Of a DNA stretch of 64,000 nucleotides, positions 1 through 11,253 are shown in pieces. The first letter of the stretch is position 1, and every line of letters starts with the position of its first letter. This stretch comes from Selaginella moellendorffii. Its lineage: Eukaryota; Plantae; Lycopodiophyta. The DNA lies in NCBI RefSeq assembly GCF_000143415.4, contig NW_003314266.1, forward strand, positions 890,463-954,462, in the 5' to 3' direction. A program made the translations under genes and the position numbers. The notes beneath the pieces were generated by a model, which ran no database searches, had not been told where the DNA came from, and saw only the letters and a program-made list of their open reading frames with translations.

Positions 1-799
1 TAAGAAAAAAGTCAGCCTTGTTTGCTCAAGATCATACCCAGAAGTCCTTGCTCTCTGTAAGATTCGACAAATAGTTTCTGCTAACAGTGACTTTCAGTAT
101 ATACCTACAAGAAAGAAAGAAAAAAGCATTGACAAAAAGAGAGAGAGAGAAAAACATGAACACTAACCTCAATCTCACGTTTGTGCCGTTGTAGGATTCA
201 TACGGCATTTCCACCGCTGAGAACTCAAAAGGATAGACTTTTCTCTCCGCAATCTCTCCCAAGACATCCAGCTCCCTCACTGGAAAAAGTTGGAGTATAT
301 AGAACTTGAAACTATAGAACTAGAAACTAAAGCTACCAAGTGATGTGAAATCGTAGTAATTCCCGCGATCGAAATAGAGCTCTGTGAAGTTTTTCGTGTG
401 AGCAAAAAAAAGAGAGTTGTTCTATAAAAAAGTACCAATCTGCCCGAGTAGCTCGATCTTCACACCGGTATGCTCAAGCTTTCTTCCAGGCAATGGATCG
501 ATACGAACCTGTTGTTCCATGCTAGAAAAATTCCATGACGAGCTAAACAGCCATACCTCTCCATGAAGGCTCTCTTGGCTGTGAAAAATCGGCAGACCAT
601 TGCCCTTCTACAACACAATGCAAAACCATTAGCGGAAAGAAGAGGAAGAAATACAGAGAAATCGATACATAGTTTCTTCTGGTATCACTCTCGGCAAGCA
701 TGATCGCGATCACGCAAGGCGATTTGAAAGCGCCGACGATTAGATCCTGCCAGAGAAAGAGATCATATCAGTGTAAGAACAAAGATCACACCACACCAT
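1..799 (-). CDS. VPS26: Retromer subunit VPS26, 5' part (multi-exon, runs off the window's left end)
   Basis: ATG-only first exon (799-797), then a 50-nt intron. Spliced exons read DLIVGAFKSPCVIAIML.. / KGNGLPIFHSQESLHGE / VRIDPLPGRKLEHTGVKIELLGQI / ELYFDRGNYYDFTSL / VRELDVLGEIAERKVYPFEFSAVEMPYESYNGTNVRLR / YILKVTVSRNY, typical of plant VPS26. Confidence 0.95.
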
Positions 800-918
800 T
801 GCGCCTGCTCCGGGATGATAGAACCCTACATTCCATTTTAAGTACGTGGCACAATGTGAAAGTGACACGTCACAAACTTGGGATATTGATATTTGGAGTC
901 TTAAATTTAAAGGTTTGT

Positions 919-1384
919 TCAAGCAAACCCATTGTCGTTATAGAGGCAATCAATGGTGCTGGTCACAGCGCTTCCATCCTTGTCATTGCAAGTTGTAGTG
1001 AAATCGCACTCTGTGAAAAAGCGATCTGCTGCTATATAGAATTCGCTGAATTTTGAGTACTGCCAAACTGTGGGGTAAAACTCACTGCAAGTGAACGTCT
1101 TGTTGGGGTTAACCTGGATGCACCATGCCAAGTCGATGCTCATCAGAGCATAGAGCCGGCCTGTGCTCCTTTGGCACTTGAGATTTCGTGCTGACGGCTG
1201 GCAAGGAGCGGCATGAGGTCTTGAATCCTACAATGTTCAAACAAGCCATACATTTTCATCACTATAAGTACTAAGAAGAACAATATCATGGACTCACAGT
1301 GGCCTGTGGTGGAGTGCCCATGAGCAGCAGGACCATGGAGAAGCTGAGAAGGAGAGCAAACGATGCCATGACTTTGAGAAACAT
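919..1384 (-). CDS. Small secreted cysteine-rich protein (131 aa, 2 exons), unknown family
   Basis: Exon 1 (1384-1298) encodes the signal-peptide-like MFLKVMASFALLLSFSMVLLLMGTPPQAT. Phase-0 GTGAGT..TTGTAG intron at 1297-1228. Exon 2 (1227-919) is open with 7 Cys and contains track ORF 919..1143. Confidence 0.7.
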
Positions 1385-1687
1385 GAATAGCTAGCTCTTG
1401 GCCAAGCTCATTGCTACTTTGACAGCTCTCCAGGTAATAACATAAAATTCTAAAAAGCTGTTGATCCACCCAGTCTCGAATAAAAGCAACTTTGGTGATA
1501 GGACCATCTGAGATCAAAACCAGCACCAGTGCTATAGAAGATTAGGTAATTAATGGATTTTAAATCTGTTGACAATATGAGTAAGGAATATACTATAAAT
1601 ATTTAAGTATATCACTAATTCTCTCTAATTCTTTTTAATTATGATTTAGTATTAATTTTATTATTAATCACTAATATAAACTGTGAT

Positions 1688-1860
1688 TTTGAGTGCATGG
1701 AATATGGAAATAGAATATACACAATTATTCTATTAGCCTTAAAACCCTAGCTTATATATAAAAGAAGATTGAAATCAATCCGATAACTATCAAAATCCCA
1801 CTACACTAATATTAATATATAACATTGTAACGATTTAGCTGGACGTACATTATCTCCCTC
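1688..1860 (-). mobile_element. Decayed LTR plus polypurine tract, related to the gypsy element at 27415-33549
   Basis: Shares gagtg..ggaatat, gattgaaatcaat and caaaatcccactac blocks with 27415-27585 and 33397-33549; followed by a pyrimidine tract (tatctccctc). Confidence 0.65.
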
Positions 1861-2632
1861 TTTCGAAAGGAAGGATAAAAGGTAATTAAAGTTTGAAATT
1901 AAACTCAATACATGAGAGTTCTTATTAAGTTAGTGTAAGTGATTAATTTTTTCATTATACTTTAGTCATTTAACCACACTATTGACCATTTGAAAGAGTT
2001 TCATTTATAATATCCACAAATATTATTTCTGATTTAGGGACTTGTTAACCTCGTTTATTAACCTATATGCCACTATACTTTTGCACTTAGTAGAAGTGCT
2101 TTATATGTTTGATCCCAAACGTACATATAAATGTATGTTATATGTACATTTATATAAATATTAGTGTACATATTTATGTACACTAATATAAATATGTATT
2201 AGTGTACATATTTATATGTTACACTATAGTTATGTCCATTTACCTTTGTTTCATTAATGATCCAAAACCATACATACCAAAGTCCCATTTCTTAAAGACT
2301 GGGCCGTCCATCTATAAGTGGTTATCCCATAACCACATTTTAGCATCTTTAAGATGCCTAGAGATATGGGAACACCCTTTCCTAATATCCCTTTTTTCAG
2401 TTTTTATCAAATCCCTTTTCATCCACAATAGTACTTGCTAACATTGTCAGTGTGTCAAGACTCGAAGGCCTAACCACTAAATCCCATTGACTTATAAAAC
2501 TTCTTTACCATATGACCAAACCTTTAGTCACTATACAAGAGGTACACTCTTCTTCATTTCTCACTTTAGGATGATATTTCAAAATACTATGGCTCTATGT
2601 AAGTTTCATTGGTACTCCCCCCACCTTTTGCC

Positions 2633-3600
2633 TGTGAGACATAAATCCTTAAGCCCCAAAGTGGAGCCGAAAGGGTGCCATGTGGTAGTAGCCGAAGTGA
2701 AAGCCAAACAAGCGTAACATGTTTGGACTAAAAGTTTCAACTTGAAAAGTCGAGAGCGAGAGTGGAACTCCTAACAAAGGGCTCAAGGAACAAGTTCGAA
2801 ACTAGCAATATGGATAAACAAGTAGGTAGCTTGGTGAAGTGTTTAAGAGCTGACTTTAGCTCCCTCAGGAGATCAAATGGTCAATGCTTCCAATCTAAGT
2901 GTGGTGGCACTATTTATTTGGATATCTGGCGTGGCTCAATGGAACTTCGTTTTAGCCCCATGGCTAGAGCACCCAAAGGTGGAAGGTGGGTACTCATGAG
3001 GCTTGGTGTAGGGTTATGATGTTTCGAAATGTTGTCTTAAAATCCCGGACTGTGGAAAGGAAAAAGAATAATCCTTTAGTGTAGTGACCAAGGATGCAAT
3101 CACATGGTGAGGAAGTCCCAAAGGACAGTGGGACTTAGTGGTTGGGCCTATGGGCCTTGATCCAGTGGCAATGTTGGTAAACACGGCCATGGACAAAAAG
3201 GGACTTAATGAAAACTAAATAATGGATATTAGAGAAGGTTGTTCCCCATATCTATGGGCATCCTAAGGATACTAAGAAGTGTATTTGGGATGATCACTTA
3301 TAGATAGAAGGCCTAGTCTTTGAGAGATGGGATTGTGATGTAGTTGGTGTTGGATCACTAGTGTGACAAAGGTGAATGGGCATGGCCTTAGTATAATAGG
3401 CTGATATGTTGATGGAACCTTTGGGGTGTCGATCATGGGATCAGATACGTGAAGCACTTGGACCAAATGCAAAGGTTGAGTGGCATATATGCTATTCTCG
3501 GGGCTAATAAGCCTCAAGTTCAGAATAAAACTTATGGAGGTTGTGAATAAAACTCCTCTAAGTGGTCACTAAAGTAAATTGGAAAATTTAGTCACTTACA
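2633..3600 (-). mobile_element. Solo LTR (968 bp) inserted in opposite orientation
   Basis: TG...CA termini and a perfect 5-bp TSD TTGCC (2628-2632 and 3601-3605). Strand is relative to the outer copy. Confidence 0.85.
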
Positions 3601-3853
3601 TTGCCTTTGGGTGCATTAATTATGTGGCTAAAATGAAGTATCCAAATAGGTAATGCCACTTAAACTTAGATTGGGAGCATTGACCATTCGATTTTTCGGG
3701 GGAGTTAAAGTTGCCTCTTGAACACTTCACCAAATTACCGTATGTCATATTGGCTTTTTTTGGCTAAATTGGTTCCACTGGAGTGCAATCTCTACACTCT
3801 CCTTACTATCGTTTGACAATCGTTTTGGGCTTTCACCCCCTAACCACTAGTAT

Positions 3854-4075
3854 TTGGACTCGGATTTGAATATGAGTTTGGATTCGGTCTCGGTTTTTGT
3901 CTCAGTCTCAGTTTTTGTCTCAAACTCCATCCTGGACTCAATTTCAATCTTTATTGGACTCCATCTTAGATTCTTTCTCGGATTCCATTTTGGACTCCAT
4001 CTTGGACACTATCTTGAACTCCTTTTCAGACTCTATTTTAAACTCCTCCTTAAACTCTATCTCGGACTCGGTCCG
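3854..4075. repeat. Degenerate 12-bp minisatellite (ttggactccatc-like)
   Basis: Recurrent (t)tggactc/cggattc units; gives the spurious LDSI-repeat ORFs. Confidence 0.7.
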
Positions 4076-4762
4076 AACACTTTTATATATCACAACACTT
4101 GTTATGTGTCAATCCCTCTAATGTCCTTTTCTAGAGACTTGTTCACCGATCATTTTATACTCATTTCTCAAGCACTTATTTAAGAGTTCCACTCTCACTT
4201 TCAACTTTCTAAGTCAGAGTTTTTTGTCCAAACATGTTACATTCATTGGCCATATGACTTATTTTTGGCTCCACTTTGGGACTTAAGGATTTATATTTTA
4301 TAGCTAGTGTAAGATAGAACAAAAGAGGACTAAAGAGCTAGACCGAGAATGCTTAGCAAGAATCACATAAAAGTTTCTACTTTATGTTTATTTAATTAAG
4401 TATAGATGTTAAGTTTAATTTACTAACACTTGAACAAAAGGAGCTAAAAAGAGAAATAGCAATATTGATCTTCTACTATTGTGGTAGTACGGAAAAAATA
4501 TCTAAAAGGACTTATTGATAGGTTACTCACAATCACATTTACAACACTCTTGGGCTTAGTAAAACTCATTGTATTTCTAAATGAGTTTGTGTCAACTTTA
4601 TTTGGTGCTACCAACTTATTAAAGTGTGCTTCTGATGTTGTTTTGAGTGTTTACAGATATTTTATAGATTTTTAAAAATCTTTTCTAGAGTATTTTTGCT
4701 TAAATATTTACATTTTCTTGGCTGGAAATGAAGTTTATTTAATAAACAAAAGAATTTATATT

Positions 4763-5476
4763 TTTGGTGTGGTGCTATTTTGTGAGAGGTGTATTTTTGA
4801 AACTTTAGTAGTCCATTTAAAAAGAATTTTAAGTAAATGTTGAATTTTTTTTATCTAAGTATAATATTATTAAATAAAATCTGGCTATAAAATTAGTGTT
4901 TTGAACTAATTTTATAATAATAAAAAAATAAATGAAATAATAACCAACCAATACAATTCAGCTAAATAAATATTATTATTAATACTGGAAAGAAAAATAA
5001 TAAAAAATGGTAGTATTCAAAAAATTGTATTTAAAAGTTTATTAACGATTTGTTCTTTATTAAAATTTAAAAAAAATTTAATTTTTAATTTTACATTTTA
5101 TTATTTGTAATTTTAAAATTACTTTTATGTTCTTGGTGTGGTGTGATTTTGTGAGAGGTGTATTTTTGAAACTTTAATAATCCAATTAAAAATAATTTTA
5201 AGCAAATGCTGAAAACTTTTGTCTAAGTATAATGCTATCAAATAAAATCTGATTATTATTTTAAAATAATTTTATAATAATAATAAAATAAATGAAATAA
5301 CAACCAACAATGCATGGTATTATTAATACTGGAAAGAACAATAATAATAAAATAATAGTATTAATAAAATAGTATTTAAAAAATTATTAACAATTTGTTC
5401 TAAAGTAAACTTTAAATAAAAACTATTATAAATTTGAATTTTGCATTTTATTATTTGTAATTTTAAAATTACTTTT
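4763..5476. repeat. AT-rich tandem duplication, unit about 350-370 bp
   Basis: ttggtgtggtg..ttttgtgagaggtgtatttttgaaactt at about 4763 and 5133; both units end in ttatttgtaattttaaaattactttt. Confidence 0.85.
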
Positions 5477-5570
5477 GTACCACCAAAATAGTGTAGACTT
5501 CTAGGGTTTTTCCGCGGGCCAAGAATGCCATCGCCATGGAGGTATCTAGCCGAGATCTAGAATCTAGGCA

Positions 5571-6470
5571 ATGTTTCAGCATGGTAGAATCCAGGCATTC
5601 TTCTCGATTTTCGGAAGAGATGCTAGAATCACTGGAGCTAGTGTGAGATTCATGGGCGGAGGGCCTCGGACATTCCCGGGCGGAGTTACAAAGTGGCAGT
5701 GGAAGAGAATGCAGGAGAAGAAAAAGAAGGAGAGGGACAGGATATGGCTGTCTAAGGAGAGATCTCTGTACGAGAGGAGGAGGAGGGCTCAGATAATGGC
5801 GTTGATGCCACTCCGGCCCTGGGAGAAAATCCATCCAGAGGCGCCATCGCTTCCAAAGATCGACAAGGATCCCAAGATCAAGGAGATGGCTCACCGCTTC
5901 CAGACTTGCCGAGGGGTGGATCTCTGGACCAAGAACGATGGTCCGGAGACATGCCGGGAGCTCCGAGAGCTCGACCAGGATGGCTCGGCTCCAGAGTTGC
6001 CGGTTCTCAAAGCTTTCCGGCCGCTGGCACTGTCAACTTCGCAGAGAATCAGCGATCTTAGCAAGAGCCAGCAGGTAGCAATGGCCCAGAAGCAAGAACA
6101 GCAGCGGCAAGATGAGGAGCAGCGAGAGTCCCGGATCAAGAAAACGTTTTACAGCCGGAGGCACGATGATCCTCCCGAGGGTGACGAGGTTTTCCAGCAC
6201 AGCCGGTTCATGCTAGCGAGTTATCTCCGCAAGCAAGGACATATGGGACTCGGCTACGCAGCCGAGACGACCGGGATCACGAAAGATAGCAGCACTTCTA
6301 GCGGTGACAGCGACAACACGATCGAGAGAAGTGACTACTCGTCGTGGCTGAGCGCGCTCGCAAACGATCGACAAAGGCTGGCCGAGCGACAGGAAAGTGT
6401 GGCCGCTGGAAAGAGATCTGGTCAACAGCATCGACCGGGTCAAGTTGCCACGGATGGCGATAAGCACTGA
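5571..6470 (+). CDS. Protein with the N-terminal domain of plant organellar DEAD-box helicases RH33/RH48; no helicase core visible
   Basis: MGGGPRTFPGGVTKWQWKRMQEKK...ERSLYERRRRAQI...IKEMAHRF...DLWTKNDGP matches the RH33/RH48 N-terminus. An Arg/Ser-rich leader precedes it. No DEAD/Walker motifs downstream. Confidence 0.7.
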   Translation: MFQHGRIQAFFSIFGRDARITGASVRFMGGGPRTFPGGVTKWQWKRMQEKKKKERDRIWLSKERSLYERRRRAQIMALMPLRPWEKIHPEAPSLPKIDKDPKIKEMAHRFQTCRGVDLWTKNDGPETCRELRELDQDGSAPELPVLKAFRPLALSTSQRISDLSKSQQVAMAQKQEQQRQDEEQRESRIKKTFYSRRHDDPPEGDEVFQHSRFMLASYLRKQGHMGLGYAAETTGITKDSSTSSGDSDNTIERSDYSSWLSALANDRQRLAERQESVAAGKRSGQQHRPGQVATDGDKH

Positions 6471-6985
6471 GCCAGCACTGGTGGAAATCTTACTCTCCAG
6501 CGCAGCGTTTCTATCAAGACGCAACGCGGTGGCCGATGATCTTGTTTTTATATTTCCTGGTACGTGATCTTATCTTCCCAGCTTTCTTATCGCTCTTTTC
6601 TCTCTTTCGTGCGTGGTTTTCTAACTGGAAGCGTGTTGGATCACAACAAAGCGAGAAGCATCAGTGATGATCGACTCACAGTAGCAAGGTGGCTCTCGGA
6701 TCAAAAAATCGCAATCCTCCCGCATCTTCCAAAGTTAAAAGTGCATAGCGGTTTCTTTGGAGACAGGTGTCATCGTGGCTGAGAGCTTTTGCAGACGATC
6801 GACAAAAGCTGAGCGAAAGATCACGCTGCAAAGATGAAAAGCTTTTCTCCTCCATTACGCCAAATTGCCACGGTAACAACAAGCGATGAAACAACGCTGC
6901 TGTGCTGGGGAGCGCGATCGTCAATGGCAAATATCCGGTGGATCGTGATCTTGTTTTTAGCTCCTGGTACGTGATCTTATCTCTT
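6335..6985. repeat. Diverged local tandem duplication (about 420 bp) of the 3' end of the preceding gene
   Basis: tcgtggctgag..gca(a/g)acgatcgacaaa at about 6343 and 6773; gatcttgttttta..tcctggtacgtgatcttatct at about 6538 and 6947. Confidence 0.7.
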
Positions 6986-7240
6986 GTCGCTTCGTTTTTT
7001 CTTTTTTCTTTCCTTTCTTTCGCTTGTTTGATCCGCTCAGTGAATGGTTTCCTGACTGTGATGTGGTTCCCACTTTGTAGGTGCGACAAGGACACGCAAA
7101 AAACACCGCAAAAGAGGATCATTCAAACAAAAAATGCGATTTTGCTTAGTAGCAAGGGGCGGACAAACGCTCGGCCAATCATTTAGAGGCCAGTTTTTGG
7201 CACGATGCAACAGCAAATAGCACAGGAGTCAGGACTGATT

Positions 7241-7630
7241 CTTTCCCGGTTAGCCGAGGTTTTGTTCGAGAGGAATCCGAGCTGGGGACTGGACAAACGA
7301 GATCGGCTCCACACCAATCACCGTAGGGGAGAAACTTGGCAATCCTATGAGCGAGAATCACCGCAAGGAGGGAACTTGGCAGCGAGAATCACCGCAAGGG
7401 AGAAACTTGGCAACCCGAGTCCAAGGTGGAACAGTCCGAGTTGGAGTCCGATATGGCTAGAGTCCGAGATGGAGTGTCCGAGATGATAGACTTTTCCCGG
7501 TTTCTCCGAGATGGAATGGCGTTCGTTTTGGAAGGGATCCGAGCTGGACGGCCCCAGTCACTGCAAGGGAGAAAGTTAATGAGCGAGCGTGGGGTGAGTC
7601 CGAGGTGGCTAGTCCGAGATGGAGTGGATC
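7241..7630. repeat. Cluster of short imperfect direct repeats
   Basis: Three copies of aatcaccg..ggga(g)aacttggca (7317-7411) and several gtccgagatgga units (7436-7625). Confidence 0.6.
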
Positions 7631-8456
7631 TCTTGACGAGGACGACAATGACTCCCTATGCCGTGCATGGTAGACGTGTGTGCACACACACTCTGTGTGT
7701 GCGCGAGGAAAAGGAATGGTGTGGTGACACGTGGCGTAGTGGCGGATATTCCGTTACTAGCCAAGAAGGTACATTCCGTCGGTAGGCCTATCGGTAAGTA
7801 AAAAAAATTGGCGAACGGTCTCCGTTATTTGGACTGAGATTATTTAAACGCAAAGGGGCATTTGATTTTGGATCCCTTCCAGCAAGGTTTTCCTTCTCGT
7901 CCGCCATAGCCCAGAGGATCCGCCGCCATGGCGATCGGTGGCGCATTCCCGCTGAATCGATGTAATATCGGCTAGATAGATTCGATCTGGTGCTCCCGAT
8001 CCATTGCGGTCTTCTTTCCTCGATTTCTTCTTCTTCGTCGGCAGCGCGCAATGGAACCCGGCGATGCGGCACACCGCATCATGAGAAAGCTGAATTTCGC
8101 GGAGGATCAAGGCCCTGTCTCGAGGTCCGCCCCGTCGATGCCGTCGGCGCCCGCCGCTGTGCCAGCCCGCGCAAGGTCTTCCTCCTCTTCTCCTTCTTCC
8201 CACGCCAATCTATGATCCGCCCGGAGCAGCAGCACGTATTTTCTTGAATCATCCGGCTCGTCACGATCGGTCCTGGCACCGCAAAGTAATTTTTCTCAGG
8301 TAACGTGGAATCCATCCCAATCCTATCGGTTAGAATAGAATGCCGGCACCGTTTCTTTCTTTTCTTTTCTTTGCTTGCGCTTTTTCGCGAAGCTAATTTT
8401 TTCCTCCATGGCATTGTTGTTACAGGACTGGCGGAAGCTTGGAAAATTCTGTGAGC

Positions 8457-10491
8457 ATGGCTTTGGCCTTGTTTCACCACAATCCCGTCGCGGCGGCTTG
8501 CGCATCCCTCAGGTCTAGCTGCGCGAATCGCCGGCGCCAGAATCCATTGTGTCACGCAACGATTTTGAGCTCCTCGCATTCATCCCGGTGAGTGGATATT
8601 AGACCGTGGTACTGTATTCACCACTGTTGACGTCACTAATCGTGTATTCTCGCGCTTGGTGATCGATCGACAGGGCTTTTAACAATCGTTGCAAATCCAA
8701 ACCTTGCATTAATAAATTGCTGGCAATGAGCTGTGGCACGGCGAAGCCGTGCAGTGGCCAACTTGAAAACGAGGTAACAACCGTTTGATTCATTCATGGG
8801 TTCTTCGTGATCTCTTTGTACTCACTTGCGTTGTCTCTGTGCGTGTAGACTATGAAGCTTGCTAGACGGGCTTTTTGCGAAGAAGTAACAAGAAAAGAAA
8901 ATGTTTCTCTGGCAAAGGTATATGGCCTACCCGACTGACGCTTTATCTCATCTTTTCCTTTTTTTCTTTTGTGGAAGGCTGCACTGTTGATTTCGATAGA
9001 AGACGAAGCTTTTATAATGGCTAATCGAGAAAGGGACATGGCAGCTTTGCAGAAGGAAGGTCGAAGTGTTTTCCCGCATACAAAAATATATCCCACCGAC
9101 GCGCTCTATTTGGAGGGCCAGAGCATTGCTCATTGGCTGGATAAGCTAGATTCTCTCGTCAAGACGAGTCAGCATCCAATGGAGGTGTTAAAGACGTTTA
9201 CCAAGAAATCCTCGCTAACCACGGACCCTAGTAACTTTTACTTGCACCAGGTTCTAAGTCTCGGTGCTGGAACTGGTAAGCGTCTTTGACTATTTTTTTC
9301 CTGACGATCTTACGTTGTGTTGTATTTTTTCTTCTTTCAGCTATAATGCTTGGCATCCTTTATATGGAGCTCTCCAGGAGAATGGGCTTACCTGTGAGCG
9401 GAGCACCAGTAGGGGATGACTTCCTCGTTTGGCCCTCGACTGAAAACAATGTATGGTGTGACTTTCTACGCACTGCTTAGGATTTTGACGTTCAGAATCT
9501 CAGCTAACCGTGTACTGTGAGTTTGGTGTTGCAGGTTATCAGTGGGGGTGATTCAGTCGAAACAGGGTTAAGTGCGGAGGTATAAGTTAGCTACATGTTG
9601 CCAGTGATGGTAATATCGTATCTCCTTTGGCGTGTGTGGTTCTCAGATGGTCTTTGAGCCCTTCAAGGGTGGAAAGATATGGTCCAAAAAATCAGATGGA
9701 AGTTACGTAAGGCAGCACTCGAGTGCTGCAAGTGGTCCGCAGGCTGGACCTCATCCAACAAGCGGCTTGCGACCCGTCTCTGACCAGGCAATCTTATCGG
9801 TTCTTCTGCGCAAGCTCAAAGTGAGTAGAATTCCTTTTCATTTTCACTTCTTTCCTTCTCTGCAAGAAGTCTTTTCTTCTTTTATTCCTTTGCATACACG
9901 ACTTCTGATATAGTTTTCATGGTTGGACTGTTTGTTGCACATCCAGTAGGGAGCAGTAGATCATCCATAGTGCTTAGCTTTGTTGTTGCAGCGCCTCTAC
10001 TGGAAGCGAGCAGCCAAAGCTTATGCAGGGTGCGACATTGCTGCCCCGCTCCATCCACTGGCGCTCGCCACTGCCCAAGGTGTGCCGCTGCTTAGTCTCG
10101 GCAAAGAGCAAACTCTTCTTCGCCCGCAAGACTTGAGGCAAGCAAAAGCTTTTGGTTTTCTTCCTCCTCAGCTTAGCGGTGCTTGTTTCCTTGTTTCGCG
10201 ATTGCACAGGCTTGCAGTAGCGGCATCCGAGAAGCTGTTGCTGTTGCAGCGAGACTGGATAACGCGGCGAGATCACGGGCTTCTCCTGTATCATTCCAGG
10301 TATAAAACTCTTCTTTAGTCCTGGCAAGATAGTAACTTGCGAAACACAGGCGATATGGGGAGGCTCTCCAGGAGCTGAGCGCTTGCCTGGCTGTGGCGCC
10401 GGTTCACGACTTGCAAATCCTGGAGCCATTCGTGGAGAAGCTTCACTTGCTCCGGGTGGAATCATCGTGGGCCGCGTCCTTGAACAGCTGA
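8457..10491 (+). CDS. SirB1-N/transglutaminase-like (Transglut_core2) + TPR protein, At4g19160-like, probably plastid-targeted
   Basis: Transit-like exon 1 (MALALFHHNPVAAACASLRSS..). Later exons read AALLISIEDEAF, DPSNFYLHQVL, ILYMELSRRMGLPVSGAPVGDDFLVWP, RLYWKRA, LLRPQDLR/LAVAASEKLLLL, RRDHGLLLY and RYGEALQELSACLA..LEPFVEKLHLLR. Stop TGA at 10489-10491. One GC-AG intron (donor at 10138). Confidence 0.88.
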
Positions 10492-10881
10492 TCTTGATTG
10501 ATTGATCGATCAATCCAAAAAAAAGAGTATTGTTGGCTATCATAACAGAAAATAAACCATTGATCGATCCCACATTAAAACCTTTAAAGGTGAGTATTTT
10601 GCGTGAAAGCTTGGAAAAGATTGAGGGTCACGAAATAGTAACCTTTAAAGGTGTTAATGTGTGACATAACGAAATCGACCAATTGTTTAGAAAATTATTA
10701 TCCTTTTAATGTAATAATAAAACTATAACAAATAAATTGTAAGCATGTACCTACACATTAAGAAAAGATTGTTTCTCGTGATGATCAAAAAACATAGGCA
10801 TTCTTGAGTTTAAAAAAGAAAGAAAAGGAAAAGAACGAGAGAGAAAAATAATAGAGAGCTTCCTTCTCCCATCATCTTCTT

Positions 10882-11212
10882 TCATCTCTTAGCGCGCTTT
10901 GCCGCTGGCCTTTGGCCGTCCTTGGCTGACGATCTCTTGTTTCGAACGCCGCGAACTGGAGCAGTAGTAGCAGCAGTAGCGCCACCACCACCACCGGCCG
11001 GAGTAGCAGCAGTGGCGCTCGGAGTTGGAGCAACGCCATCGCTCTCCTTCTCTTTCACTACACTAGCAGCAGCCCCTTTGCCTTTCTTCTTGGACGAGCT
11101 CTGCTTGTCCTGGTTGGAAGCCGAGGCTTTGGAGTCTTTGCGCTCCTTAGCTCGATCCTTCTTCTCCTCCTTGTCTTTCTCCTTCTCCTTCTCCTTCTCT
11201 TTGCTTGCTACT

Positions 11213-11253
<41 letters not shown>

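Larger units (their letters stand above)
1934..4302 (+). mobile_element. Old solo LTR interrupted by a same-family solo LTR
   Basis: Starts TGTAAGTGA and ends with a decayed terminus (gatttatattttata). Flanks gttag/gctag form a 5-bp TSD with one mismatch. Segments 1934-2110, 2270-2425 and 4135-4302 are reverse-complement matches to the inner copy. Strand is relative only. Confidence 0.75.
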
